Under the pieces are notes generated by a model, which saw only the letters and a list, made by a program, of their open reading frames with translations, made no database searches and was not told the DNA's origin. Made by a program: the position numbers and the translations under genes. This document shows, piece after piece, positions 13,822 to 52,607 of a stretch of DNA of 64,000 nucleotides (the stretch's first letter is position 1; the number at the start of each line of letters is the position of its first letter). The DNA is from Lama guanicoe (lineage: Eukaryota): contig MU053588.1 of NCBI GenBank assembly GCA_013239625.1, positions 1,203,988 through 1,267,987 on the forward strand, given 5' to 3'.

Positions 13822-14720
13822 AGAGTGGGAGATGATATTTGCAGACCATACATCTGATAAGGGTCAAGTATCCAGAATATATAAGAACTCTCACAATGCA
13901 ACAATGAAAAGACAAATAACCCGGTTAAAAATGGGCAGAGGGCTAGAATGGACATTTCTACAATTAGAAAATGTCGTTAGGGAAATGCAAATCGAAACCA
14001 CAGTGAGATACCACCTCACAACCACTAGGATGGCCATACTCAAAAAGTCAGGTAATAGCAAGTGTTGACAAGGATGTGGAGAATTTGGAGTCATCCATCG
14101 CTGGTGGGAATGTAAAATGGTGCAGAGTGTTTAGAAAACAGTCTATCAGGTCCTCAAGTGATTAAACACAAAGTTACCATATGACCTAGTAATTACACTC
14201 CTAGGTTTATACCCGAGAGAACTAGGAACATACATCTACACAAAAATTTGTACGTAAACGTTTGTAGTGGCACTACTCATAGAAGCAGATGTATGTAATG
14301 GCAAAGGTAGAAGTAACCCAAATGTCCATCAACTTATGAATGGGTAAACAAAATATGATATGTCCACATAATGGAATATTCAGGCAAAAAGAAATAAGAT
14401 ACTGACATCGGCTACAATGTGAACAAACTTTGAAAACATGCTGAATGAAAGAAGGCAGGCAAAGAAGGCCACATATTGTATGATTCCATTCATATGAAAT
14501 GTCCAGATTAGGCAAATCCATAGCAATGGAACATAGATTAATGGTTGTCAGGAGCTAGGGGGCAGGAGAAATGAGTTACTGCTAACAGTTCTGGGGTGAG
14601 GAAAACGTTCTGGAATTGGATAGTGATGATAGTTGTTCAATCTCGTGAATACACTAAAACTCACTTATTTTAAAGGGGTGAATTTTATGGTATGAGAACT
14701 GTAATTCAATTTAAAAAATT
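13822..14720 (+). mobile_element. 5'-truncated L1 (L1MA/MB-type): ORF2 C-terminus plus 3' UTR
   Basis: ORF 13706-14068 contains WEMIFADHTSDKGQVSRIYK...[23 protein letters not shown] (L1 ORF2 end), followed by typical 3' UTR (cccaaatgtccatcaac; tatgattccattcatatgaaatgtccaga). Confidence 0.92.
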
Positions 14721-14764
14721 GATTTTTCCAAACTATGCACATGATTAAAAAGAGTACGTGCATG

Positions 14765-14900
14765 GGGGTAGGGTATAGCTCAAGTGTTAGAGCACATACT
14801 TGACATACATGAGATCCTGGGTTCAATCCCTGGTACGTACTTTAAAAGTTAAATAAATAAACCTAATTACCTCCCCCTGCTCCCCCAAATAAATTAAAAA
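14765..14900 (+). mobile_element. tRNA-derived SINE, camelid Vic-1-like, with target-site duplication
   Basis: gggtatagctcaagtgttagag...gggttcaatccc...aaataaacctaattacctcccc; flanked by taaaaagagtacgtgcatg / taaaaagtgttcatgcatg. Confidence 0.88.
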
Positions 14901-14941
14901 GTGTTCATGCATGCCTCTGATCCAACTACTCTAACAATGTT

Positions 14942-15012
14942 GTGTTAGTTATCTACTGCTGCATAACAAATTGTCTTTTCAAAGCTTAGTTGGCTTAAAG
15001 CAGTAAATATTA
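14942..15012. mobile_element. MLT1 (ERVL-MaLR) LTR terminal fragment
   Basis: tgttagttatctactgctgcataacaaat...cttagttggcttaaa. Confidence 0.6.
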
Positions 15013-15969
15013 TTGAGAGAGAGAGGGAGAGAAAGAACATGAACAAACCAGGAAAGGTCATAGGTATTTCTGTTGTAAAGCTGACGTTGTGAACCACTAG
15101 ATTTGAAGGCTCTCTGGAAGCAAGAAGAACCAGATCTGATCATTATATTCCTTTACTCATTTGGTAGTCAAGTGGCCAGGCTACGAGGGGAGGTTGGGGG
15201 GAAGACCACTTTGTGTCAGTCTCCAGAAAGCAGCCAGCAGCTCAGCGAATCCTAAGGTGGGGGGTCTGGCTTCAGCATCTGCAGTGCTAATACCAACAAT
15301 GGCACCTTCTGGAGTAGGAGTAATACAGTAATGAATAGAACATCTCCTGAGCCCTCACTCTCTCGAGGCGATGTGTGTGGTACTTTCTCTCTGTTGGTCC
15401 TGCTGAGTGCCCACATATGTCATGTCTGTTGTCCTCATTTTGTAGAGGAGGAACCCGAACCCTCTAAGAGGTAGAGTTCATTTTCTGTGGCCACACACGA
15501 TACGTGGCGAAGCGAGGGTTTGAACCCACATTTGTTTAGACTCGAGAGCCCTTACTCTAGAGCACTGTGCCATGTTGTCCTCTCCTCACCCTTGTAGACC
15601 CTGGGAGATTGACGTCTTGATGCATCTGTCAGCTCCTCGGACTGCCTCCCTCTAGCCCACCCACTGCTACACCACCCTACCCCCGTCTAGTCCTAGCCCC
15701 GCTTGAACCAGGATCTCTGCAAGGCCAGTGGCCTCCGATGCCTGAGTGAAGAGGGCTGCTGCGGACCCCTCTCTTCCACTGGAGTGACACATCAGGGGCA
15801 GTGCCTTCTTCCCTGGCTTGTTTTTGAAATAACTACAGCTCCAGGATTATTTCTGTGAACTCCTAAAAACAGGCAGGCTTATCTTAAGTAGGGACCCTCA
15901 CCAGCATAAAATGGAATTAGAAACCATGAAAAGTCCTAAAGGGCTGGACATGAGAAGCCTCAACCCTGT

Positions 15970-16260
15970 TCCATTCATTCTAGGGTTTCCTGAGCACCTA
16001 CTATGTGCCAGGCACCATTCCAGGCAGTGGGTCCTGTAGCAACCAGGACCCTGCTCTCATGGAGCTTATGTTACACATGACAGGGAGACAGGTTATAGAC
16101 AAAGAACATAATTTCTGATAGTAATAGTGCAGTGAATGAAACAAATCAGAGGAAGGTGATAGCATAGTGGAGATAGCACAGTCAGGGAGGGCCTCCTGGG
16201 ATGTGAAGAGGGAAGTCCTGAGTGGTGAGAACTAACCAGCCTGTGAAGAGCTGGAAGAAG
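15970..16260 (-). mobile_element. LINE-2 3' fragment
   Basis: tgagcacctactatgtgccaggcacc...ctgctctcatggagctta. Confidence 0.75.
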
Positions 16261-18844
16261 TCGTAGTCCAGCATTTCTCAGAAGGAAGGGAACTGCACTC
16301 CCAAATCAGTCTGTGGCGGCAACAACACACACGCTTTCTGGCACCTTGCAGGGGATTGGCCGAGGCAGAGTGTTGGCTACTGGGAGGGGTCATGGGGGAA
16401 AGAGCTGGTTTCTGGATGGACACGCAGGGCCTTTGGAATGCTCGCTACTCCACTCCGCGGTATTTATACCTTCCCTCCGGGGAAGTCGGAGCTTTTTCAT
16501 GTAGGCTGAGAAAACTCCGAATAAGGCAACGCTAGGCCAGGACATAAGAAAGAAGCATTCCATATTTCCCTGTAATCACTTTCAAATTAGGTTCTGACGT
16601 CATGGGGCAGGCACAGAGCGTGCTGGCTCTACCCCAGTTGGATACAGAGCTGGGTCCTGGACAGATAGCCAGTATGCCCCTGTGCTGCTGTACCACCAGC
16701 CCTGAGTACCTATGCTGTCCGGGCTGCCTGAGTCCCACGTTACTGCGCCTGTCTAAATTGTGGTCATGTCATTGTGACCTGTTAATTTCTGTTCTCTCAA
16801 CCTGGCTCCTGTTATTTATCTTCTTCAGAATCAGGTAAAGGCAACCAATCTTCAAAAAAGTGCTCACATGTATAATCTCAAAACTATTCCAGAGGCTTCT
16901 CAGAATCCCTGGATGGGTCCATGTAGATGTTGCCAAGGTGATCGCCTTTTTGCCTGTGCCGCTGGTAACCCAGATTCCAGAAGGCTTAGCCATCGGATCC
17001 TGAAAGCGCCCTTATACTTGGTGATGAAGGCCAGGGGCCAGGGGAGCAGTCTCTGCTTTCAAGAACTGAGAAGATGCCCCACTGGGGCCAGGCTCTGTCT
17101 GAGGCTGGGTAGCAGCCCGGCAGATGGACGATAAGAAGGGTGGTTGCCTACCCCGGGAATAAATAGCTGTCCCTCCCCTGTGTCCAAGCCCCCGACACCC
17201 TTCCTGACGTCTTGTGGAAGCAGGAACCATGGGCAGCGTCAGAGGCCACAGCAGACAAGGTGGGAGTTCAGGCGGTAGGACGGCGTCCTCCCCCTCAAAG
17301 CAGCTGGTGCCCCAGCGGAGCGGCAAACCCAAGACGGTATTAACAGAGACTGAGGTTTGAAAACTCCCAGCACCCTAGGGAACCCTGTCTTGCCTCTGAG
17401 TACCCTGGGGAAGTTTGCTGTGGCCCGTTAGTCCAGTCAGCCCTGGGCCTGGGGAAAGATACTCAGCTGGTCCTTCTGGGTCAGGCTGTTGGCCTGTGAT
17501 GTCCTGCTGAGGGGATGGGCGGTACACACAGCAGAAGACGGGAATGCAGCACGAGGCAGCGAAAGGTTTTTCCTAACATCTCGTCCAGTGCGGAGTCAAT
17601 GGAATCCACATGTGAGCATCTGCTGGCGGACTGGAATAGTCAGCCCCCGACCCGGGTCCAGGAGGCCTCCTCCGCCGGCGCCAAGAATCAGAGCCGGCAG
17701 CCCACCCCAGCCCAGGGTCTTGGGTGAGCCTGCATCTAGGTCCAAACCGACTTTGCAAGAGACTCCCTCTCATCTGGGTTTAGCAGAACTCCGGCTTCCA
17801 ACCGACATTTCCCTCTGCACCACCCCCTTCAGGACTAAGAGCATGTTTTGTAACACGCAGTCTTTGGGAGGGAAGGGGAAGGGAAATGTTCCCGACTGGG
17901 TTAGCCGCATCCCACCAGAATCCTTTCTTCTTGCCCTTGCCATCACTCTGCTCCCTAGACTCGGTTGCCCCGTGTCTTTTGAATGTTCTGTCTCTTACAG
18001 GGTGATTGCCCCAGAGTTGAGAGGGTTTACCTCCTCGGGTTGGGGGAGGGAGTCATCGATGAATGGCTCGCTAAAGCCCACTGCTGCCACATTCCTGGCT
18101 GCTTAGGTCACCTCCTGAACAATATCCATCATTCATTCACCCAGCCGCCCCACATCCTGGCAACTGGGAGGGGTCCCTGTGACACAGGAAGGACTTTATG
18201 ACAACGATGCTCAGCTTTCTCCCCCTCCCCCAACACAGTGACAAAGCAGAAACAGCGGGGGGTGGGGGGCTCTGAGGCTTCTCTTCCGGGGTGCACCATG
18301 GGCCTCTGCACAGGGAGTGGTGACAGTGGATCCCAAACAAACCCACAAGCCCATCCTCTCTTCTCCCACCGCCCCCTCTCCCCCCTCACACCCTGTGCTA
18401 TTTTAGCAACCAGAGAAGAATCTTTAACAGGCTGCCAGTGTGCAGAGGCGAGTTCTGAAGACTCTTCTCTGTGGTTTTTTTCACATGTGTTCTTAAAGGC
18501 AAGTGAGTCCACATCCTTCCTTCCTCCCTTGATAGGTCAAGGGTGGGTGCACGCTCCCTTCACAGGACAGCAGGGCCAGGCCTGGTGCAGAAGGGCTACC
18601 GCTGGCACTGTTTGCCTGCCTCCCACACTGGGCTCAGGCTGCCTTTTAAGAAGCAGGTGGGCTTTGGGGGAAACTGCCCTGCCTGCCTCCCTTGCTCTGG
18701 GAGCTCACCTCCAGCCTAGGGACTGAGGCAGGACTGGGGCCCTTCTTGACTCAGTTCTGCAGGCTTGCAGGCTTTGCTTTGTCAGGTTGGTACGTAGCAT
18801 TCATTCCACTCAGAGGGATGAGTGGCCACTCTGTGTTTTGTGTT

Positions 18845-18990
18845 TATTAGCTGTGTGGCCTTGGGCAAGTCACTTAACCTCTCTCTGCCTCAGTTTCCTC
18901 GTCTGTAAAATGGAGATGATGCTATCTCATATGACCATGGGGTTGGAGATTCTAAAGGACTGCTATGTGTAAGTGGTAATAACTAGCACT
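18845..18990 (+). mobile_element. MIR
   Basis: gctgtgtggccttgggcaagtcacttaacctctctctgcctcagtttcctcgtctgtaaaatgg. Confidence 0.85.
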
Positions 18991-19779
18991 TAGCAGTTAC
19001 TGCACGGTTACCTTTAGCTTGCCTCCCCCCACCACCAGCATGGAAATTCTGTTTTGCTTCCTCCCATGCCCAGGACCTGATAGGGGCTCCAAGTTAGGAT
19101 TTGTTGGCCAGGGGAACGCACTGAGTGCCTCTCAGGCGAGGTGCTGGGGACACAGCCAATGTTCAGAGTCAGTACTGCCCCTGGAAAGTGACCTTGACAA
19201 TAAAACCTAGCAAACCCACTGCTTTTTGCCTTTGCCTCCTCCCGCAGAGGACCAGTAGCTCTGGACCCTCCTAAATGAGCTTGAAACCTTGAACTTGCAT
19301 TTCCCAGTCATGATAGTAGGCATTTCCCACAGGGCTCATCTGCCTTCCTCCTCCTGTCAAGTCTCTCTCAGAAGCTCTTTACCCTCTTTTTCCCCCTGGT
19401 CATCACACGTTTACCCTTGCCCCCTTCGGCTCAATCCTTAAACAGCAGCAGCCTTCTGAAGGCCCCATGAGGTCGGCCCTGCCAGCCTCACAGCACAACC
19501 CACTCTCCATTCCCTTCCTTCTCTCCCTAGCCAGGCTCTGGCCCGGCTACCGGAGGGCCTTTGCACACACAGTTCCCAATATCTGGAAAGTCTCCCTTAT
19601 TTTTGTCTTATTTACTCGTTCTCAGTCAGGTCAGAGTTCGAGAAATCACCTCCGAAGGGAAACTTCCCCGTGTCTGCCCCACCAACAGTTGAGGAGTCGT
19701 TCCTCAGCATCCGGAACACTCCCTTCAGCACCCTCTCTGGGGGTCGGAGGGAGGAGGGCACGTGAGCACTAACACCTCA

Positions 19780-20010
19780 GTGTGCGGCCACCAGAGCCAG
19801 AGTCCCTGGCTTTAAATCTAGCTCTACCCTTCCACGTGTGTGACTACCTGTGCGCAAGTTATGTCACCTGCCTGACCCTGTTTCCTTATCTGTAAAGTGG
19901 GGGCAGAAATAGCCACTACTTCACAAGACAGTTGTGCGGATGAGAGAGGTTAATGCCTAGCAAAGTGCCTGGAACAATGTCCGGCGCATAGTTAGCTTAT
20001 AAGTGCCTGC
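19780..20010 (+). mobile_element. MIR
   Basis: gcaagttatgtcacc...tttccttatctgtaaagtgggg...aaagtgcctggaacaatgtccggc. Confidence 0.75.
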
Positions 20011-23000
20011 TGTGGTTTTCATAGGAGTGTCACTTCTGTGTAGTTGAGTAATCACTCACTTAAAGAGATCCATCCTCTTATCAGCCTGCGTCCGCTTTTG
20101 CTCACTACTATGGGTTCAGCACCAGGCCTGGCCCTGGGTCAACGTCATGTCAAGGGAAGGGGCATGGCCTGCCCCACAGTGACCTGGGGCATCGTGGAGC
20201 TGGTAGGTCATGATGGAGGTCAGGCTCCGTGGCTCGTGCTCCAAGAAATCTGCATCGCGGAGGGGTTATAGCGGGCCCACGAGGCCTCCATCTATAGAAA
20301 CCACCCTCCACGCTACCCACCCCACACACCTCAGACTAAACCGGTAGGGAGAGGGAGTGTATAAGCAGAATGTTATTTTTGTAACCAAGTAGAAGCAGCT
20401 ATGAATTTTTGATGTCTCATTGGAACTCCGGCTCCTCCTCACCAGTCAGACTGCGTGAGAAGTGGCCACGTGTGCTGCACTGGTCCCCAGGGGAGGCCTC
20501 GTGACTTGTGCTCCCTTTTGCCCAGAGCTCAGGGCCCCCTGAGCCTCCGGTGTCAGTAGATGCCCCTCGTCTTCAGGAAGAGAAAATGGCATGGTTGAGG
20601 GTGGGGGGCCTGTCGGCAGGGTTCCCGTTGTGTGTCTGTCAGGCTCGGCAGGGAGTTCTTCCTCCTCACCACCTAGGCCAGGCTAGTGGGTGTTCTCCTC
20701 AAGCACCTGCTGGGGCCTCTGCCTGCCTCCAGCCAAGGAGACAGAAGTGCAGGGCAGAGTTACCATTTATTTAAAAATAGATCTTTCCTTGACATTTGTT
20801 TAACACTGAATAGCTAATCTGTGCCAGGCACAGTCATAAGTGATTTACTTGCATCGTTTTGTTTAATCTTATTTAAGAGGGGAGCTTATTGTCTCCATTT
20901 CATCAACGAGGAACCTGAGGCTCGTTGCTTCCCCAAGGTTACCCCACTGGCAGGTAGCCTCAGTGGCAGAGGTGAGATTTGAATCTAGGTCTGTGTGAGC
21001 CCCAAGACCGAGCTGTTGTTTCCTGACCAGGGTAGATGAGCAAAAGCGCAGAGATGGGATGCACGTTTGCAGGGTGGGGAGTGCCATGATCTTGTGAGGA
21101 CATGTGGCTTGAACCCAGTGAGGCAAGGTGTAGTCAGAGCCCCTTTGCAGGCTGGAATAAGAGGGTCTCCTGCAATCTCATTTCCACTCCAAACCATGAC
21201 TGTGGGATAAGGGTCTTTGCAAAGAGGCTGATCTCGCCCTTCCCAGGCATTGGGTGGGAAGCAGCTGGTGTGAATGTGTGTGCATGTCTGCGCGTGCTCA
21301 GTTCATCTGGCATGTTGTGCCAAGCTCTGTGCCAGGTGTTTTAAAGCATCTCTCCCCATTTAACTACAATCACAGGAGGTAGAATCTGGTAAGTCCATCC
21401 TATAGAGAAGGAAGCTGGGGTGTAAGTAGGCCAAGTCATTTGGTTGAAAACACAGAACAAGTAAGCCGAGAAGCTGGCATTCAGACGCCCAACCTCTGCC
21501 CCTTCAGAGCATTCAGGCGTCACCCAGGCAGGCCGAGGCGGGGAGGGGTGCTGTTCAGACACGTGCCTGGCCCTGCCTGCAGACCAGGTGCCTAGATCCT
21601 GGCCCAGCAGCTTCAGAGCCCCAGCAGGGCTAACCCTCTGGGAACTGCCCTCTTGCATCCTCAGTCGTAGGATGTGATGGGCCACTTTGCTGCCCAGCAG
21701 CATCTCTCAGGCCACATGCAAGAGCAGAGGCCCAGCATCCCCTCCACATCCTGCCCCAGCCTGGCCTGCTGCCACTCTCTACTTTACAGAATGGCCGAGT
21801 TCCACACCTGCTCGCTGCCTGCCACTGAGGCCGCTGGGCTTTGGGCATTCTAAAGGCACGTGAGACATGAGATGTAATTCCTACCCCCTGAGAGCACACG
21901 TACATGCATGCAACATCCAGCAAGGCCCACAGTGACTGGAGAATGCTGCCAGATGCCGAGGGCTGTGTGTGGGGGCGATGGTGGGTAGGACGTCAGGAGA
22001 GGAGAGGGTCCTGGAGACAGAAACTGCTGTTTACTGAGCATCTGCCGTGGGCTCTTCAGGCGTCGCTTCGAACCTCCCACTGACCGTGACCCAGGTGGTT
22101 GGTGTCTTCATCGCCCTGCTTCAAATGAGGAAACAGACGTTAAGAAGGTTGGCTAACTTGCCTGCCCGAGTGGTGTAACCAGCAGTCTAGCCCTCGTTTG
22201 TCTGAATTCAGAGCTGTGTGGGGAAGAAGCGTGGGAAGTGAGGTGGGGAAGGTGGATTCGTGTCTCCCTTAACGAGAACCTGCCCTTGGCTGGAGCCCAA
22301 AGTAGCTCATGGTTGCAGGGAGGCAGAAGGCAGCACCGAACTGTTAAGAGGGCAGAGAAAATGGAGACAGATCTGCAGAGGAGGGGGCAGCCAAGTCAGA
22401 ACCGGGTTGGGGCAAGCAAGTCAGTGCGAGTGTCCGGGAGGAGCTGCACTTGGACTGGTTTTGAGGGATGGGTAGGTGCGGGCTGGGACGAGGCAGATGC
22501 AGGGCAAAGACACCCTTAGCTGAGCAAACAGCCTCATCCTGGGTATCTGTCTCCAAGGTAGAGAAACTCTTCTTCCTGTTGGCAGGAGGCAGAATGAGGG
22601 TGCCCTGGCGCACTCACAGGTCCCCCCCACCCCAGATTGGGACTTGGAAGGAAACCTCACACCCGTGGTGCAGCGTGTTAATTAGGCCGCTTCTTTGTCT
22701 GGGAGGGGCCTTGTGTTGAGTCTCCGAATGAGCAGGACTGGTGACAGTTGTCAGAACACACGGTGCTTGGCCGGAGGCTCCTTGGAAGCCCCTCGTCCCC
22801 TCACATGGCCCCTGCCTGCACCCAGGCACGGAGTGGGGTCTTGCGCGTTCCTGGCTGTCTGCCCACATCCACGCTGGGCCTGCAGATGGAGTGGGGCAGG
22901 GAGGGGGGCTCCCGTGAGAAACAGACGTGGGGTTTTTCCCAGACCCCGCTGCAGAGGCTGCGTGGGCTGGTCTCCCCAGAAGGCGTCTGGGCACGTCTGA

Positions 23001-23961
23001 GTTAACTGATGTGACGCACTTCCCTGGCTCTGATGTCTGATAACGTGCCCCAGGCAGCAGGGGGCCGACTGCCGGTACCACCAGGAGGCCCTGTGCCCTG
23101 TGCTTGGTGCCCTGTGCTCTAGTTTGGGATTGGGCTTCTTGTCTCTGGGCCTCTCCACCCTTTGAGTTCCAGCATCTGTGTGCCCTGCGATTGTCAGACG
23201 TGGTTGCCTAACCCTGGAGCAGGAGGGGGCCTGAGTCCCACTTGCCATCCAGCCCCCTCTGAGATACATTGGATCTTAAGATTTGGAAGAGTGGGGCATG
23301 GAATGTTCTCCAGGGAATAGAGGGTGTCTGGCCTCTAGGGAAACAACCTACATGGGAGCATCACAGGTCTCAGAGGATCTGTGCTCCTGGCCTTTGAGGG
23401 GAGGTGTTGCCGTTGGGCCGCCCACAGCTCGAAGAGGGACTGACTTGAGGAAACCTTAAGTTTACAGGAGGCTTATTTTCCAAGTGCTTCCTGTCCCGGG
23501 TCATCTCTGTGCCAGTGATGGGGAAATTGCTGCACGAGCTCCTCCTACCTGCTCTGCCGCCTAGGGGGATGGAGGGCTGAGGTGTCTAAGAGAACATGTC
23601 CACAAGAGGAGAGGAGGGCCCCTGCCACTTGGTTCCAGCTCGGGGGCTGGCTCAGTCAGCCCCTTGGTCTGAGGCGGGTACCCCGGCTCACTCAGGGTGT
23701 GGTGGAGCCTGCACTTCCTCCAAGGCTGGCTGACTCAGGTGCCAGTCCACGTTCTGCCTCTCATCACCCCGGGGATCATGAGCCTCAGTTTCCTCGGATC
23801 AACCTGCCTGGGTCGCTGTAAAGATCAGAAACAGTGTAGATAAAGGGTGGGGCCCCAAGGTGGCTGTGTTGTCGCAGGGTCAGGGCTGTGACCCAGCCGC
23901 TTTGCTCAAGAGCCGAGAGCCACACTGAGCCTCCAGGCCATGCTCTGTTCTGCCTCCCCAG

Positions 23962-50958
<26,997 letters not shown>

Positions 50959-51774
50959 GCCCCGACCCAGAGAAACCCTGACCGAACACCCCCTCCTCAC
51001 AGCCTCCAGGAGGGGCTAGGGGAGTCCTTCTGCCCCTCTCCCCACTGCGAGGGCCTCCTTGGCCCCGCTCCTCTGACTCTGTATCTATGCAAAGCACTCT
51101 CTGTCAGTCCTTTCTGGGGGCGGGGTGGGCAGGGAGGGGCTGGGGCAGGCTCTCTCCTCTCTCTTTGTCAGTTGGCCAAGAGGATCTCTCCCCCTCCCCC
51201 TGGATGGGGGTAAGGGAGACTTCCGGGGTCAGCGCTTCTGGTCTGGTAAATATATATGATGTGTTGTTTTGTTCTGTTCTTTTAACTATGTGGAGGGGAC
51301 AGTGGGTCCCCACAGCAAAACAGGTCCCCTCCAAGCCCTGGGAACACCCCCTCCCCCAGCCATCCCTCTTCCTTTGCCCCAAAGTCCCTTCAAGGCCTCC
51401 CACATCCAGGCCAAAGCCCGACGTGCCTTGTCCAGGAACCGCCAGGCCTATGATGGGCCCAGCAGAGGGCGCCACAGCTGCCCGGCAGGAAAGAGGACCT
51501 ACCTGCTCCTGGCTCCCCTCCCCTCATTTGCCATCGCCAGGAGATGAGGGGGTGCAGCTCAGTCCCCCTCTTTTCTGCAACAGAGGAGTGGGTTTGGGCA
51601 GACCAGCCTTTCACCCCCAGCCACCCCCCCCACCTTGCTTTCTCTGTACCTGCATAAACCAAAAAAAAAAACCCCAAAAAACAAAAAAACAAAAACAAAA
51701 ATATAAAAAACAAAACAACCACAAAAAAAACTATAAAAAAAAGAATTAAAAACTTTCAGAGAATTACTATTTAC

Positions 51775-51796
51775 TTTATTAACTTACGGATTTATT
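51775..51796 (-). terminator. Candidate CAPN12 poly(A) signals (two AATAAA on - strand)
   Basis: TTTATT at 51775-51780 and 51791-51796, followed on the - strand by a long U/GU-rich tract (complement of 51655-51752). Another TTTATT at 52009-52014. Confidence 0.6.
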
Positions 51797-52066
51797 ATAT
51801 AAATATATTCACCTAGCAACATATCTTTGCCGCCTCTTGCTCATGATGAAGATGTAGCTGATTTGCTCCACTCCCTCCCAGCCCCTTACTCTTTGTTGTC
51901 TGCCGTCGGGCCTGGGTCTCTGGGGACCCTCCTGAGGTGAAGGGTGGGCTGTTGGCCTAGCTGCCTGTTAGTGGATGGTTTTGCTACCCCTCCCCTCCCT
52001 TTTTTGAGTTTATTCTGATTATTTTTTTCTCGGTTTCTGGATAAACCACCCTTCTGGGGACAGGAT

Positions 52067-52072
52067 AATAAA
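52067..52072 (+). terminator. Likely ACTN4 poly(A) signal AATAAA
   Basis: First canonical AATAAA I found after the stop. ATTAAA at 51745-51750 and AATAAA at 52491-52496 are alternatives. Confidence 0.7.
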
Positions 52073-52580
52073 ACATGTAATATTTTTAAGAAGGATTCCT
52101 ACAGTGTCCTCTCTTCTCCTATCTCTGTTCTCCACTCCTTAGGAGATGGATGAAAAAGCACCTCTTCCCAGAGCGAGGTGGGGTGTGGGAGTGCCACGGT
52201 CCCCACTCGCCTGAGTGAGTGGAAGTAAGAGTGCTGCTGGGGACCCATCCTGGACCAGGCACCATTCTGAGGGTGTAACACGCACTAACTCACGCAGCCT
52301 GCACAAGGAAGGTGCTGTTGCCATGCCCATTTACGGGTGAGGAGAGCAAAGCACAGAGAGGTGCAGTGATGTGCCCAGTGTCACCCAGCTGGTGGGTGGT
52401 GGGGCCAGAAATCAACCCCAGGCAGGCTGCCTCCCACGGTCATGCTCTGAACCTCTGCTTAATGTTCGAGCATCAGCCCCCTCCCTGTAGAATAAACCCC
52501 AGTCCAGGCTGGGAGAAGGGAAGGGTGGGGCTCTCGGCAGCTCTCCCACCTCCAGCTGCAGGGGCTCCTGTGCTGAGGTC

Positions 52581-52607
52581 CTAGGAGAAGGTGGCCACCT
52601 CCATCCA
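52581..52607 (-). CDS. CAPN12: CAPN12 exon 21 coding part (27 nt incl. TAG)
   Basis: cag|TGG ATG GAG GTG GCC ACC TTC TCC TAG = WMEVATFS*. Confidence 0.93.
   Translation of the reverse strand, partial: WMEVATFS

Larger units (their letters stand above)
50959..52095 (+). other. ACTN4: ACTN4 3' UTR (approximate end)
   Basis: Follows the stop codon; ends shortly after AATAAA at 52067-52072; contains an A-rich tract at about 51655-51752. Confidence 0.7.

Noticed and set aside
51655..51752. A-rich tract as the poly(A) tail of a retroposed element
   Set aside because: No SINE/LINE body or target-site duplication upstream. Better explained as UTR low complexity and a minus-strand U-rich element. 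It is also an oligo-dT internal-priming hazard.
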